From Myxococcota bacterium (GTDB lineage: Bacteria; Myxococcota_A; UBA9160; SMWR01): a DNA stretch of 64,000 bases. Position 1 is the first letter of the stretch; each line of letters begins with the position of its first letter. Positions 11,871 through 22,651 of the stretch are shown here, one piece after another. The stretch is taken from the NCBI GenBank assembly GCA_035258825.1, contig DATFWW010000025.1, forward strand, positions 17,805-81,804. Reading direction: 5' to 3'. Both the position numbers and the translations under genes were made by a program. The notes beneath the pieces were generated by a model. It ran no database searches. It saw nothing but the letters and a program-made list of their open reading frames with translations, and had not been told where the DNA came from.

Positions 11871-13130
11871 ATGCCCCCCAGTCGCGCCGCCGCGTTGCTA
11901 GGGCTCGCCGCGTGTCTCGCCGGTTGTGCGGGAGTCGCGGAGCGCGTGCCCGGCATGCGCATGGGCGCGCAGGCGATCGGCGCGACCGAGGACGATCTGC
12001 ACTCCGCGCTCGGCGTCTGGGCGGTGAGCTTCGCCTCGCTCGTCGGCGTCACCGCCGATCAGATCCGCGCCGAGTCGCGCGACCGCGCCGTGCGCCGCAA
12101 CGCCGTACTGTGGCAGCTGCACATGATCCCGCTCGCGCGGCTGGCCGCGTTCCGTCCCGACGCCAAGACGGCCTACGTGGCGTCGCTCGCGCTGTCCGTC
12201 GCGCAGCGCGAGTACCTCACCACGGGCGAGGGCCGCGAGCTGTTCGGAGACCGGCAGTCGATCGCCGCAGATGCGGCGAGCCGCCTCGAGCAGGAGGTCG
12301 TCGATCTGGGGCGCGTCTTCCTGAGCGACCGGCAGCTGGCGCGCCTGCGCAAGCAAGTCGACGAGGTGATCACGCAGCACCCGATCGAGGGGACGTTCGC
12401 GTCGGAGGCCCTGATCCACGCCTTCGCAGACCCGAAGCAGCAACAGACCTTCTCGTGGGTCACGGACCTCCCGATGACTCCGTTCCGCGCGCTTTCGGGC
12501 GTGAGCGATACCGCGCAGGCGGTGCAGAACTTCAACGAGACCGCGCGCGAGTTCACCGCAGTGGTGAACCAGCTGCCACAGCAATCGCGCTGGCAGGCCG
12601 AGCTGCTGCTCTACGATGCCGAAGAGCTCGAGTCGGTGGAGCGCGCGCTCTCGGCCGCGGAGTCGGTCGCGGTGGGCGCGCAGGGCATCTCGGGCGCCGC
12701 CACGGCGCTCCCCGAGGAGCTCGGAGCCGAAATGGCAGCGCAGCTGCACGAGGCGAAGGCTGCGCTCGCGGAGCTCGACTCCGCGCTCGCGCGCGCGCAG
12801 GCGCTGGGCGAGCCGCTCTCCCGCGTGGCCGATCGCGTCGGCGAGGCGAGCGCGCAGTGGACGGCGCTGCTCGCGGAGATGCGCGCCGACGACCGCGCGG
12901 CCGGCGACAGCGGACGCCCCTTCGATGTGCGCGAGTACGAGTCGGCCGCGGTCCGGATCGCCGACGCGAGCCGCGGTCTCCGCGAGCTCGTGGCCGCGAT
13001 CAACGGCCTGGATGTGTCGGGCGCCGCCGCGATCTTGGACCGCGCGACCTGGCGCGCGGCGCTGCTGATCGTCGTCTTCTTCGCGGCGCTCGCGGCCTAC
13101 CGCGTGCTCGCCTCGCGGCTGCGCGACTAG
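11871..13130 (+). CDS. Hypothetical lipoprotein with alpha-helical body and C-terminal TM anchor
   Basis: It has the lipoprotein signal 'MPPSRAAALLGLAACLAGCAG' and the C-terminal hydrophobic helix 'WRAALLIVVFFAALAAYRVLA'. I recognised no family. Codon usage is coherent over 420 codons. Confidence 0.6.
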   Translation: MPPSRAAALLGLAACLAGCAGVAERVPGMRMGAQAIGATEDDLHSALGVWAVSFASLVGVTADQIRAESRDRAVRRNAVLWQLHMIPLARLAAFRPDAKTAYVASLALSVAQREYLTTGEGRELFGDRQSIAADAASRLEQEVVDLGRVFLSDRQLARLRKQVDEVITQHPIEGTFASEALIHAFADPKQQQTFSWVTDLPMTPFRALSGVSDTAQAVQNFNETAREFTAVVNQLPQQSRWQAELLLYDAEELESVERALSAAESVAVGAQGISGAATALPEELGAEMAAQLHEAKAALAELDSALARAQALGEPLSRVADRVGEASAQWTALLAEMRADDRAAGDSGRPFDVREYESAAVRIADASRGLRELVAAINGLDVSGAAAILDRATWRAALLIVVFFAALAAYRVLASRLRD

Positions 13131-13171
13131 CTCGTTCCGTACGGCGCACAGGCGGCGATGGCGAGCGCGGC

Positions 13172-13209
13172 GCTCACCGTGGTTCATCGTGAACCGCTCC
13201 CTGGTGAGC
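13172..13209. repeat. Nested inverted repeat (hairpin) between the lipoprotein gene and the GFA gene
   Basis: The outer arms are GCTCACC (13172-13178) / GGTGAGC (13203-13209) and the inner arms are GGTTCA (13181-13186) / TGAACC (13190-13195). There is no U-tract, so it may be a terminator-like or operator element. Confidence 0.4.
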
Positions 13210-13263
13210 GGACGGTGGAGCATGTCACAGGCGGTCGGCCTATCTTCGCGCTGGAGGCAGAGC

Positions 13264-14115
13264 ATGGCAGGTCTGCGCGGCGGATGTCTGTGCGGCGAAG
13301 TGGCGTACGAGGTCGAGGGCCCGCTCGAGCACGCGCATCACTGCCACTGCTCCTACTGCCGCAAGTTTCACGGCATACCCTGCGCCACCGGTGCACTCGC
13401 GCGCGGGCGGCGGTGGCTGCGCGGAGAGCAGAGCGCCGCGCGCTACGAGTCGTCGCCGGAGTTCTACCGCTGGTTCTGCGCGCGCTGTGGCTCGGCGTTG
13501 CCCGGCGATCCGTCCGCGGGGTTCAGCTTCATCCCGTACGGCACGCTCGACGGCGATCCGGTCGTGCGTCCCGGATTCCACATGTTCGCAGCGTCGAAGG
13601 CTCCCTGGTGGGAGATTCGCGACGGCCTGCCGGCGTTCGACGCGTTTCCGCCCGGCATCGACGCACCGGTCGGCGCCGATCTCCCGCTGCGCGACCCGCC
13701 CGGCGCTCCGCGCGGGAGCTGCCTGTGCGGTGCGGTCGCGTTCCGGATCGAGGGCGAGCCGATCCTGGCGCGCAGCTGCCACTGCGGGCGATGCCGCAAG
13801 GCGCGCGGCGGCGCGCACGCGACCAACATGCTGGTATCGATCGATGGCCTGCGCTTCACGCGCGGCGAGAGCGAGCTCGCGAGCTACAAGATCCCCGAGG
13901 CGAAGTTCTACACGCAGGTGTTCTGCCGGATCTGCGGTGCGAAGGCGCCGCGCGTCGATGCCGGCCGCGGCTTCGCGATCGTGCCGATGGGCGCGCTCGA
14001 CGACGATCCCGGAATCCGCCCGAACGAGCACATCTGGGTGGGCTCGAAGGCGCCCTGGCACGACATCCACGACGATCTGCCGCGCTTCGACGAGGGCCCT
14101 CCGCCGACCTCGTAG
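13264..14115 (+). CDS. Tandem GFA (glutathione-dependent formaldehyde-activating / CENP-V-like) zinc-domain protein
   Basis: There are two copies of the GFA Cys pattern. Copy 1 is 'GGCLCGEVAYEV...HCHCSYCRKFHG...FCARCGSAL'. Copy 2 is 'GSCLCGAVAFRI...SCHCGRCRKARG...FCRICGAKA'. Confidence 0.8.
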   Translation: MAGLRGGCLCGEVAYEVEGPLEHAHHCHCSYCRKFHGIPCATGALARGRRWLRGEQSAARYESSPEFYRWFCARCGSALPGDPSAGFSFIPYGTLDGDPVVRPGFHMFAASKAPWWEIRDGLPAFDAFPPGIDAPVGADLPLRDPPGAPRGSCLCGAVAFRIEGEPILARSCHCGRCRKARGGAHATNMLVSIDGLRFTRGESELASYKIPEAKFYTQVFCRICGAKAPRVDAGRGFAIVPMGALDDDPGIRPNEHIWVGSKAPWHDIHDDLPRFDEGPPPTS

Positions 14116-14159
14116 GGCGCCTACATTCCGGCGCGGTGCAGACCGCTGGCGACCCGCGC

Positions 14160-16259
14160 ATGGCGACCGCAGCGCCGCCGCCCGCGGTGGTCGCGGTGCT
14201 GCTCGCGATCGCGTGCGCCGCGCTGTACGCGGGCAGCCGCGGCGCGGAGTTCGTCGGCGCCGACTACCCCGAGATCGTCGAGAACGCGGCGGTCCGGTGG
14301 CACGAGGTTTCGCTCGAGCGCGTCGCGGCGGCGTTCGCGAGTGAGCACCCGGTCGTGCAGCTCTCGTATGGGCTGAACTACCGCTTCGGGCGCCTCGACG
14401 TGCACGGCTACCATGCCGTCGACACGGCGCTCCACGCCGCGAACGCGCTGCTCGTGTTCGCGCTCGGCGGCGCGCTGTTCCGGCGCGCGCGCCCGCGGAT
14501 CGCACTCTCCGACGAGGCGGTCCCGTGGGCCGCGTTCGCGGGCGCGGCGCTGTTCGCCGCTCATCCGCTCCAGGTCGAGGCCGTCACGTGGGTGGCGCAG
14601 CGCGGAGCGCTGCTCGCGGCGCTGTTCAGTCTCTCCGCGGTGCTGTGCTACCTGCGCGGCCGGGCGGTGGGATCGCGCGCGCGGGCGGCGTGGTGGGCTG
14701 CGGCCGGAGGGTGCTGGCTGCTCGCGATCGGCTCGCGCGAGGCCGCGGTGGCGCTCCCGGTGCTGATCGCGCTCTGCGAAGGACTGTTCGGCGGCGAGCT
14801 TCCGCGCGCGGCGATTCCGCGGCGGATCTCGGTTGCGCTCGGCGTGTGCGTCGCGGCCGCGCTGCTGTGGACCGCGGTGCGCAGGGCCGCCGCTCTCGCT
14901 CTCTACGAGAGCCTCGTGGTGCTGCCGCTGCCCGGCCGCCTGAGCCTCGTCCACGACGTGCAGGGTTCGCCGCTCGCGCTCGGTGCCGCGGTCGCGCTGC
15001 AGGTACTGCTGCTCGCCGCCGCGATCGCCGGCGTGCGCCGCTGGCGCGTGCTGTCCTTCGCGCTGCTCTGGTTCCTGATCGCGCACGCGGGCGAAGCGGT
15101 GTTCGCGGGGCCGCTCGCCGCGGAGCACCGCAACTACCTCGCGCTGGCCGGCCCCGCGATCGGCGCGGGTTATGCGCTGTTCGCATGGCTTCCGCGCCGC
15201 CTCGGGCTCTCCACCGCGCTCTCCGTGCTCGCGGCGGCGGCGCTCGGCATGGCGACCCACGCGCGCGGCGAGCTGTGGCAGAGCGCCGAAGCGCTCTGGG
15301 ACGACGCGGTGCGCAAGAGTCCGCGCGACGCGGAGGCGCGCCTCGAGCGCGGCGCGCTCTACGAGCAGGAGGGGCGCGGCGCCGACGCGCTCGTCGACTA
15401 CGAAGAGGCCGTTCGCCTGGCCCCGGCGTCGCCGCGCGCGCGCGCGCTTCTGGCCGCGGCGCTCGCGAGCCGCGGGCGTGCGCGCGAGGCGCTGCCGCAC
15501 GCGCGCGAGGCCGTCTCGCTCGATCCCGGGAGCGCCGCGGCGCAAGCGGAGCTTGGCCGGATCCTCGCGTCGCTCGGCGACCTCGAGCCGGCCGCCGCCG
15601 CGTTCACGCGCGCGCTCGAGCTCGGGAGCGGGCCCGGCCTCGAGCGCAGTCTCGGCGACACGCTCGTGCGTCTGGGCCGGTTCGAGGACGCGCTCCCGCA
15701 CTACCGCGCGGCGATCGCGCGCGACCCCGGCGACGACGACGCCCGTACGGGCGCAGGCGCGGCGCTCGTCGAGCTCGCGCGCGCGCGCGAGGCGCTCGAA
15801 TACCTCGAGCCGGCGGTCGAGAGCCAGCCCAACCCGCGCTACCTCGCGCATTTCGCGGATGCGCTCTGGGTGCTCGGCGACGCGGGCGGCGCGCTCGACG
15901 CCGTCACGATGGCGGTGCGCGTGGCGCCGTCGTGGCCCGGCGCAGCGAGCCGGCTCGCGTGGATGCTCGCGCTCGCACCCGACGCGGAGCGCCGTGATCC
16001 CGCGCGCGCGCTGCGGATCGCCGACGCCGCGCTGAAGCAGGCCGGCGCCCCGGACGCGAGTCTGCTCGATGCGCGCGCGGCCGCGCTCGCCGCGGTGGGG
16101 CGCTTCGCGGAAGCGCGTACCGACGCCGAGCGCGCGGCCGGACTCGCGCGCGACGCGGGCGCCGCCGCGCTCGCCGCGCAGATCGCAGCTCACGCCGAGC
16201 GTTATGCGAGGCGCGAGCCGTGGCGCGATCCGCCGCGGCCCTTCGACGCGAGCCCGTAG
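14160..16259 (+). CDS. Polytopic membrane protein with C-terminal TPR repeats (TMTC/DUF1736-like putative glycosyltransferase)
   Basis: The N-terminal ~400 aa are multi-TM and include 'AHPLQVEAVTWVAQRGALLAALFSLSAVLCY'. The C-terminal ~280 aa are repeated TPR units ('EARLERGALYEQEGRGADALVDYEEAVRLAP...'). Confidence 0.75.
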   Translation: MATAAPPPAVVAVLLAIACAALYAGSRGAEFVGADYPEIVENAAVRWHEVSLERVAAAFASEHPVVQLSYGLNYRFGRLDVHGYHAVDTALHAANALLVFALGGALFRRARPRIALSDEAVPWAAFAGAALFAAHPLQVEAVTWVAQRGALLAALFSLSAVLCYLRGRAVGSRARAAWWAAAGGCWLLAIGSREAAVALPVLIALCEGLFGGELPRAAIPRRISVALGVCVAAALLWTAVRRAAALALYESLVVLPLPGRLSLVHDVQGSPLALGAAVALQVLLLAAAIAGVRRWRVLSFALLWFLIAHAGEAVFAGPLAAEHRNYLALAGPAIGAGYALFAWLPRRLGLSTALSVLAAAALGMATHARGELWQSAEALWDDAVRKSPRDAEARLERGALYEQEGRGADALVDYEEAVRLAPASPRARALLAAALASRGRAREALPHAREAVSLDPGSAAAQAELGRILASLGDLEPAAAAFTRALELGSGPGLERSLGDTLVRLGRFEDALPHYRAAIARDPGDDDARTGAGAALVELARAREALEYLEPAVESQPNPRYLAHFADALWVLGDAGGALDAVTMAVRVAPSWPGAASRLAWMLALAPDAERRDPARALRIADAALKQAGAPDASLLDARAAALAAVGRFAEARTDAERAAGLARDAGAAALAAQIAAHAERYARREPWRDPPRPFDASP

Positions 16260-16279
16260 GCCGCGAGGGCCGATCGCGG

Positions 16280-17095
<816 letters not shown>

Positions 17096-17195
17096 GGCCT
17101 CAGCGTACCGCGGCGTGCTCGCATCGGGTCGGGCGCCGCAATCGAGCGGCAGGCGTCGGATCGCGTCGGGTCTCGATCGACGCGGAAGGAGGGGA

Positions 17196-17232
17196 TTGAC
17201 CAAGTATCTGGTCAACCTCTACGCTCCGCCAC
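17196..17232 (+). promoter_or_regulatory. vapBC promoter with overlapping palindromic operator
   Basis: The perfect dyad is TTGACCA (17196-17202) / TGGTCAA (17209-17215). TTGACC is -35-like, followed by an 18-nt spacer and TACGCT (17220-17225). The ATG at 17233 lies only 7 nt after the -10 element, so the mRNA is probably leaderless. Confidence 0.55.
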
Positions 17233-17559
17233 ATGGCGTCGGTCAACATCTACGAGGCGAAGACGCAGCTCTCGAAGCTGATCAAGCGGGTGCGGGCCGG
17301 TGAGGAAGTGATCATCGCGGATGCCGGGCGCCCCGTCGCCAAGCTCGTTCCCTTCGAGGGCTCGCGCCAGCCCCGCGTGCTCGGTGCAGACACGGGTGGC
17401 ATCTGGATCGCTGACGACGCCTTCGCACCCATCTCGCGCGAAGATCTCGCGGCGTGGGAGCAGGGTGGGGTCTTCCCGCGCCGGCGGACGGCGCGCAAGC
17501 AGCGCAGGTCGGCCAAGAAGAAACCCAAGCGGAATCAGCCCACGCGGCGGGCGAGATGA
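17233..17559 (+). CDS. vapB: Phd/YefM-type type II antitoxin (VapB-like) with polybasic C-terminal tail
   Basis: It opens with 'MASVNIYEAKTQLSKLIKRVRAGEEVIIADAGRPVAKLVP', the canonical Phd/YefM N-terminus. The stop overlaps the vapC start (ATGA). Confidence 0.8.
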   Translation: MASVNIYEAKTQLSKLIKRVRAGEEVIIADAGRPVAKLVPFEGSRQPRVLGADTGGIWIADDAFAPISREDLAAWEQGGVFPRRRTARKQRRSAKKKPKRNQPTRRAR

Positions 17560-17948
17560 TGCGTCTCCTGCTCGACAGCCACGTGTTCATCTGGATGCAC
17601 GCGAGCCCGGACCGGCTGTCCGCGCGCTCGCGCGCGGCGATCATCGACGCGGATAGCGATTTGTTCTTGTCCGTCGTCGTGCCGTGGGAGCTCGGGCTGA
17701 AGATTGCACGCAAGAAGCTCGCGTTGCCCGAGCCGCTCGCGGACTTCGTCCAATCGCGAACTCAGCGGTCCCGCATCGAAGTGCTCCCGGTACACCTCCG
17801 GCACACCGTGGCGGCGGTCGAGCTACCCGCACACCACGCCGACCCGTTCGACCGCATGCTGATCGCCCAGGCGCGTGTCGAAGATCTCACGCTGGTGACG
17901 GCCGATCCCTGGTTCTCGAGCTACGACGTCGGCGTCCTTTCGGCGTGA
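17556..17948 (+). CDS. vapC: PIN-domain ribonuclease toxin VapC
   Basis: It contains 'LLDSHVFIW' (first acidic residue), 'SVVVPWELGLK' and 'HHADPFDRMLIAQARVEDLTLVTADP' (PIN acidic quartet context). Confidence 0.9.
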   Translation: MMRLLLDSHVFIWMHASPDRLSARSRAAIIDADSDLFLSVVVPWELGLKIARKKLALPEPLADFVQSRTQRSRIEVLPVHLRHTVAAVELPAHHADPFDRMLIAQARVEDLTLVTADPWFSSYDVGVLSA

Positions 17949-18125
17949 TCCGGCGGCGGTGTACGCGGTAGTGCCGACGCCGTGCCGGCGGCTCAGCGCA
18001 TTGCGGCGTGTTCCCGATCGTACGCGGCCACCTCGGAGAGCCCGGCCTGATCGAGCAGCGCCGCGCGCTGCGCGTGGACCTGTGCGTCGGCGGGCGCTGC
18101 GGTGATCCGCTTCGAGAGCGCGCCG

Positions 18126-18335
18126 ATCGCGTCGCACCAGTTGGGCGACGTCGTTCCCTTCGCACTCAAAGACTCCTCGCAGCTGTTCCCTCCGGAGCCG
18201 ACGCCGCTCACGAGCGACGACTACACGCGTGACTACAACGAGGTCAAGGCGCTGGGAAGAGCGACGGACAGCTCCCGCACCCAGGAGCAGACCGATCTCG
18301 CTCGCTTCTATTTCTTGCGGCCGATCGCCGAATAG
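18126..18335 (+). pseudogene. Internal fragment of a PAP2 / vanadium-haloperoxidase-like phosphatase gene
   Basis: The translation 'VVPFALKDSSQLFPPEPTPLTSDDYTRDYNEVKALGRATDSSRTQEQTDLARFY' matches the conserved mid-section of this family. There is no N-terminal part and no catalytic PAP2 C-terminal motifs, and the fragment ends in a stop at 18335. Confidence 0.55.
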
Positions 18336-18427
18336 CCGCGCGGCGCGAACCGGCGCCGGGCAGCCTCCGAGAGTCGACCCGCACCCCGAGCCTTCACCGC
18401 GAGGCTGCCCGTGCGCTCGCCGCTCCC

Positions 18428-18462
18428 CTTGATCTCTGATAGCTGATCAGCTATCAACTGCC
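18428..18462 (+). promoter_or_regulatory. Promoter plus perfect 18-bp palindromic operator of the XRE/NTase operon
   Basis: The palindrome GATAGCTGATCAGCTATC lies at 18437-18454. TTGATC (18428-18433) is followed by a 17-nt spacer and TATCAA (18451-18456). The ATG at 18463 lies 6 nt after the -10 element, which predicts a leaderless transcript. Confidence 0.6.
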
Positions 18463-18789
18463 ATGCGTCGAAAACCGCCGCTGGGACGCCTGGTTCGAAC
18501 GGCGCGCGAGCGCGCGGGACTCACCCAGCGGGAGCTGGCCCGGCGCGCGTGCACCGCTCAGTCCGTGGTTGCCCGCATCGAGGGCGGCCAGACGGATCCG
18601 AGCTCGACCACGCTCGAGCGGCTGCTCGCCGCTGCGGGCTTCCAGCTGCGGGCCGAGCTCAGCCCGCTGCCCGCGCTGGACACGCACGTGCTCGACGACG
18701 TGCCGCGGATCCTCGCGCTCACGCCCGAGCAACGGCTCCTCGAGGTCCGCAACGTGAGCCGCTTCGCCGCGGCGGCGCGGCGTGTCTGA
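18463..18789 (+). CDS. XRE-family helix-turn-helix protein (putative antitoxin/repressor)
   Basis: It contains 'LVRTARERAGLTQRELARRACTAQSVVARIEGGQTDPSSTTLERLLAAAG', a typical XRE HTH. It overlaps the next gene by 8 nt. Confidence 0.85.
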   Translation: MRRKPPLGRLVRTARERAGLTQRELARRACTAQSVVARIEGGQTDPSSTTLERLLAAAGFQLRAELSPLPALDTHVLDDVPRILALTPEQRLLEVRNVSRFAAAARRV

Positions 18790-19291
18790 GCCGCGCCCGC
18801 TCGATCCCGAACTCCTCGTCATGGCGCTCGCCCGCCACGGCGTTCGTTATGTGCTGATCGGCGCGCTGGCCGCGCGGCTCCAGGGGTTTCCGAGGCTCAC
18901 GGCCGACGCCGACTTGACACCAGATCGCTCTCCCGAAAATCTGGTCGCACTCGCGAACGCGCTGAGACAGCTCGAGGCGCGCGTCTTCACCGAGAGCGTC
19001 CCGGAAGGGCTGCCCTTCGATTGCAGCGCGCAGACGCTCGCGCGCAGCGATCTGTGGAACCTCGTGACGTCGGCCGGTCGCGTCGACGTCGCCTTCCGCC
19101 CGTCCGGGACGGAGGGCTACGCGGATCTCGCCCGCGACGCAGTCCGCTTCGAGGTGTTCGGCGTCGAGCTGCTCGCAGCCAGCCTCGCCGACATCATCCG
19201 CTCGAAAGAGGCGGCCGATCGCCCGCAGGACCGGCAGGACGTTCTCCTCCTGCGCGAGATGCTCCGCCGGCAGCGCGCGACGAGGAGCTGA
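18782..19291 (+). CDS. Minimal nucleotidyltransferase-fold protein (putative toxin partner of the XRE protein)
   Basis: 'YVLIGALAARLQGFPRLTADADL' resembles the hG[GS]-x9-13-DxD NTase core, and the C-terminus is 'SLADIIRSKEAADRPQDRQDVLLL'. It is translationally coupled to the HTH gene. Confidence 0.6.
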   Translation: MSEPRPLDPELLVMALARHGVRYVLIGALAARLQGFPRLTADADLTPDRSPENLVALANALRQLEARVFTESVPEGLPFDCSAQTLARSDLWNLVTSAGRVDVAFRPSGTEGYADLARDAVRFEVFGVELLAASLADIIRSKEAADRPQDRQDVLLLREMLRRQRATRS

Positions 19292-19310
19292 GTTGCGGTT
19301 CGGCGCCATC

Positions 19311-19750
19311 TCATTGCGCACGCCCGGGGCGCGAGCGGACCAGAACCAGGCGGCCCGGAACGAACATGAATCCATTCTGCGAGATGATGTCGAGCGTGCC
19401 CGAATCGTTCGTGCGATAGACCACGGGGCTCCCGGCGCACGGTGACAGCGTGCGACACTGGTCCGGGACCACCAACCGGCCCGCGGAGTCGACATCGACG
19501 TCGATCACGCGCTGCAGCCCGGCGAACAGTGTCGTTTGCGCACCCGAACGCAGATCGATCCTCACGACGCGATCGATCCCACTCGGGTAGCCAGGTGAGC
19601 TCAGCGCGATGTAGGCCTCGGTTCCGCGGAGAGCGAAGTCGTAGAAGGAACCCTCCGTGGTCGAGGCCAGAGCGTCTGCTCTCCGGTCACCGACTATCAG
19701 ATCCCGATCACGCGCTGGGATACGGCGATCGGCGCGTGGTTCCACTCCGA
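19311..19750 (-). other. Orphan ORF fragment (possible C-terminal remnant of a beta-rich protein)
   Basis: The ORF ending at 19311 reads 'GTEAYIALSSPGYPSGIDRVVRIDLRSGAQTTLFAGLQRVIDVDVDSAGRLVVPD...'. There is no credible N-terminus, and the upstream part of the ORF is antisense to the TpsB remnant. Confidence 0.3.
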
Positions 19751-19761
19751 GGGCAGTGGTC

Positions 19762-20603
19762 GAGGAGCCGTTCGATGCGATCGACATCGACAGCCGGGAG
19801 CACACGGTCGGCCTCGAGATCACGCAGCCGATCTATCGCACGCCGCGCAGCCGCGTGGACCTCGGCCTCACGGGCGAGAAACGTCAGAGCCGGACCTATC
19901 TCTCCTCGGCGCGCGGTTCGCGTTCGAGGAGGGGACCGAGAACGGTCGCGTCGACGTCACGGTGCTGCGCGCGAGCCAGGACTGGCTCTACCGCGACCTG
20001 CGGCTGGTGGTGGCCGCGCGCTCGCTGTTCAGCTTCGGCATCGACGCGCTCGATGCGACGACGCACGGCTGCGCGTTCGATGCGGCCGGGATCTGCACAA
20101 TCAAGACCGCGCATAGCAGAGGGGTTCCCGACGCCCATTTCATCACCTGGCTCGGACAGTTCCAGCTCGTGCGCCGCTTCGATCCGTGGGGCGTCGAAGC
20201 GCTGCTGCGCGCCGATCTCCAGCTCGCCGCCGACCCGCTGTTCTCGCTCGAGCAGTACTCCGTGGGCGGCGAGCACACGGTGCGCGGTTATCGCGAGAAC
20301 CGGCTCGTGCGCGACAACGGGCTCACGTCGTCGCTCGAGGTGCGGGTCCCGGTGTGGGTCGACGCCGCTCATCAGGTCATCGTGCAGCTCGCCCCGTTCT
20401 GCGACGCGGGCCGCTCCTGGAACACCGAGCGCGACGAGCCGAGCCCGCGCACGCTCGCGAGCGTCGGCATCGGCCTGCGCACGACGTGGCGCCATCTCCA
20501 CGGCGAGCTGTTCGGGGGCCATCAGATCAAGGACGTCGACAAGCCCGACGACCGCGCGCTGCAGGACGAGGGGGTGCACTTCTCGCTGGTGGCGAGCTTC
20601 TGA
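19762..20603 (+). pseudogene. 5'-truncated, frameshifted ShlB/FhaC/HecB-type two-partner-secretion transporter (TpsB) remnant
   Basis: Frame A reads 'EEPFDAIDIDSREHTVGLEITQPIYRTPRSRVDLGLTGEKRQSRTYL'. The reading frame switches near 19897-19900. Frame B reads 'LLGARFAFEEGTENGRVDVTVLRASQDW...LEQYSVGGEHTVRGYRENRLVRDNG...LQDEGVHFSLVASF'. No POTRA domains or N-terminus are present. Confidence 0.7.
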
Positions 20604-20654
20604 TCCCACGGCGACGAGATTGCGGTGATCGCGGGGGAAGCCCCGCTGGCGTCA

Positions 20655-22565
<1,911 letters not shown>

Positions 22566-22651
22566 TCTCCACTAATCAAACGTCGATCCAAACATCGATT
22601 GTAGGGAGAAAATCCGCGACCGCTCGGGAAAATCGCGATCGCACTCCTCCC

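Noticed and set aside
17096-17215. A longer xth start at 17215 that would add 40 N-terminal residues.
   Set aside because: Exonuclease III homologs begin right at the '(M)xIxSWNVNG' motif. The extension would also run through the palindromic vapB promoter/operator.
17993-18211. A 72-aa minus-strand ORF and other small ORFs in the 17950-18460 gap.
   Set aside because: They have no recognisable motif and no ribosome-binding site. They overlap the PAP2-like fragment on the other strand, so they are treated as non-coding debris of the decayed islet.
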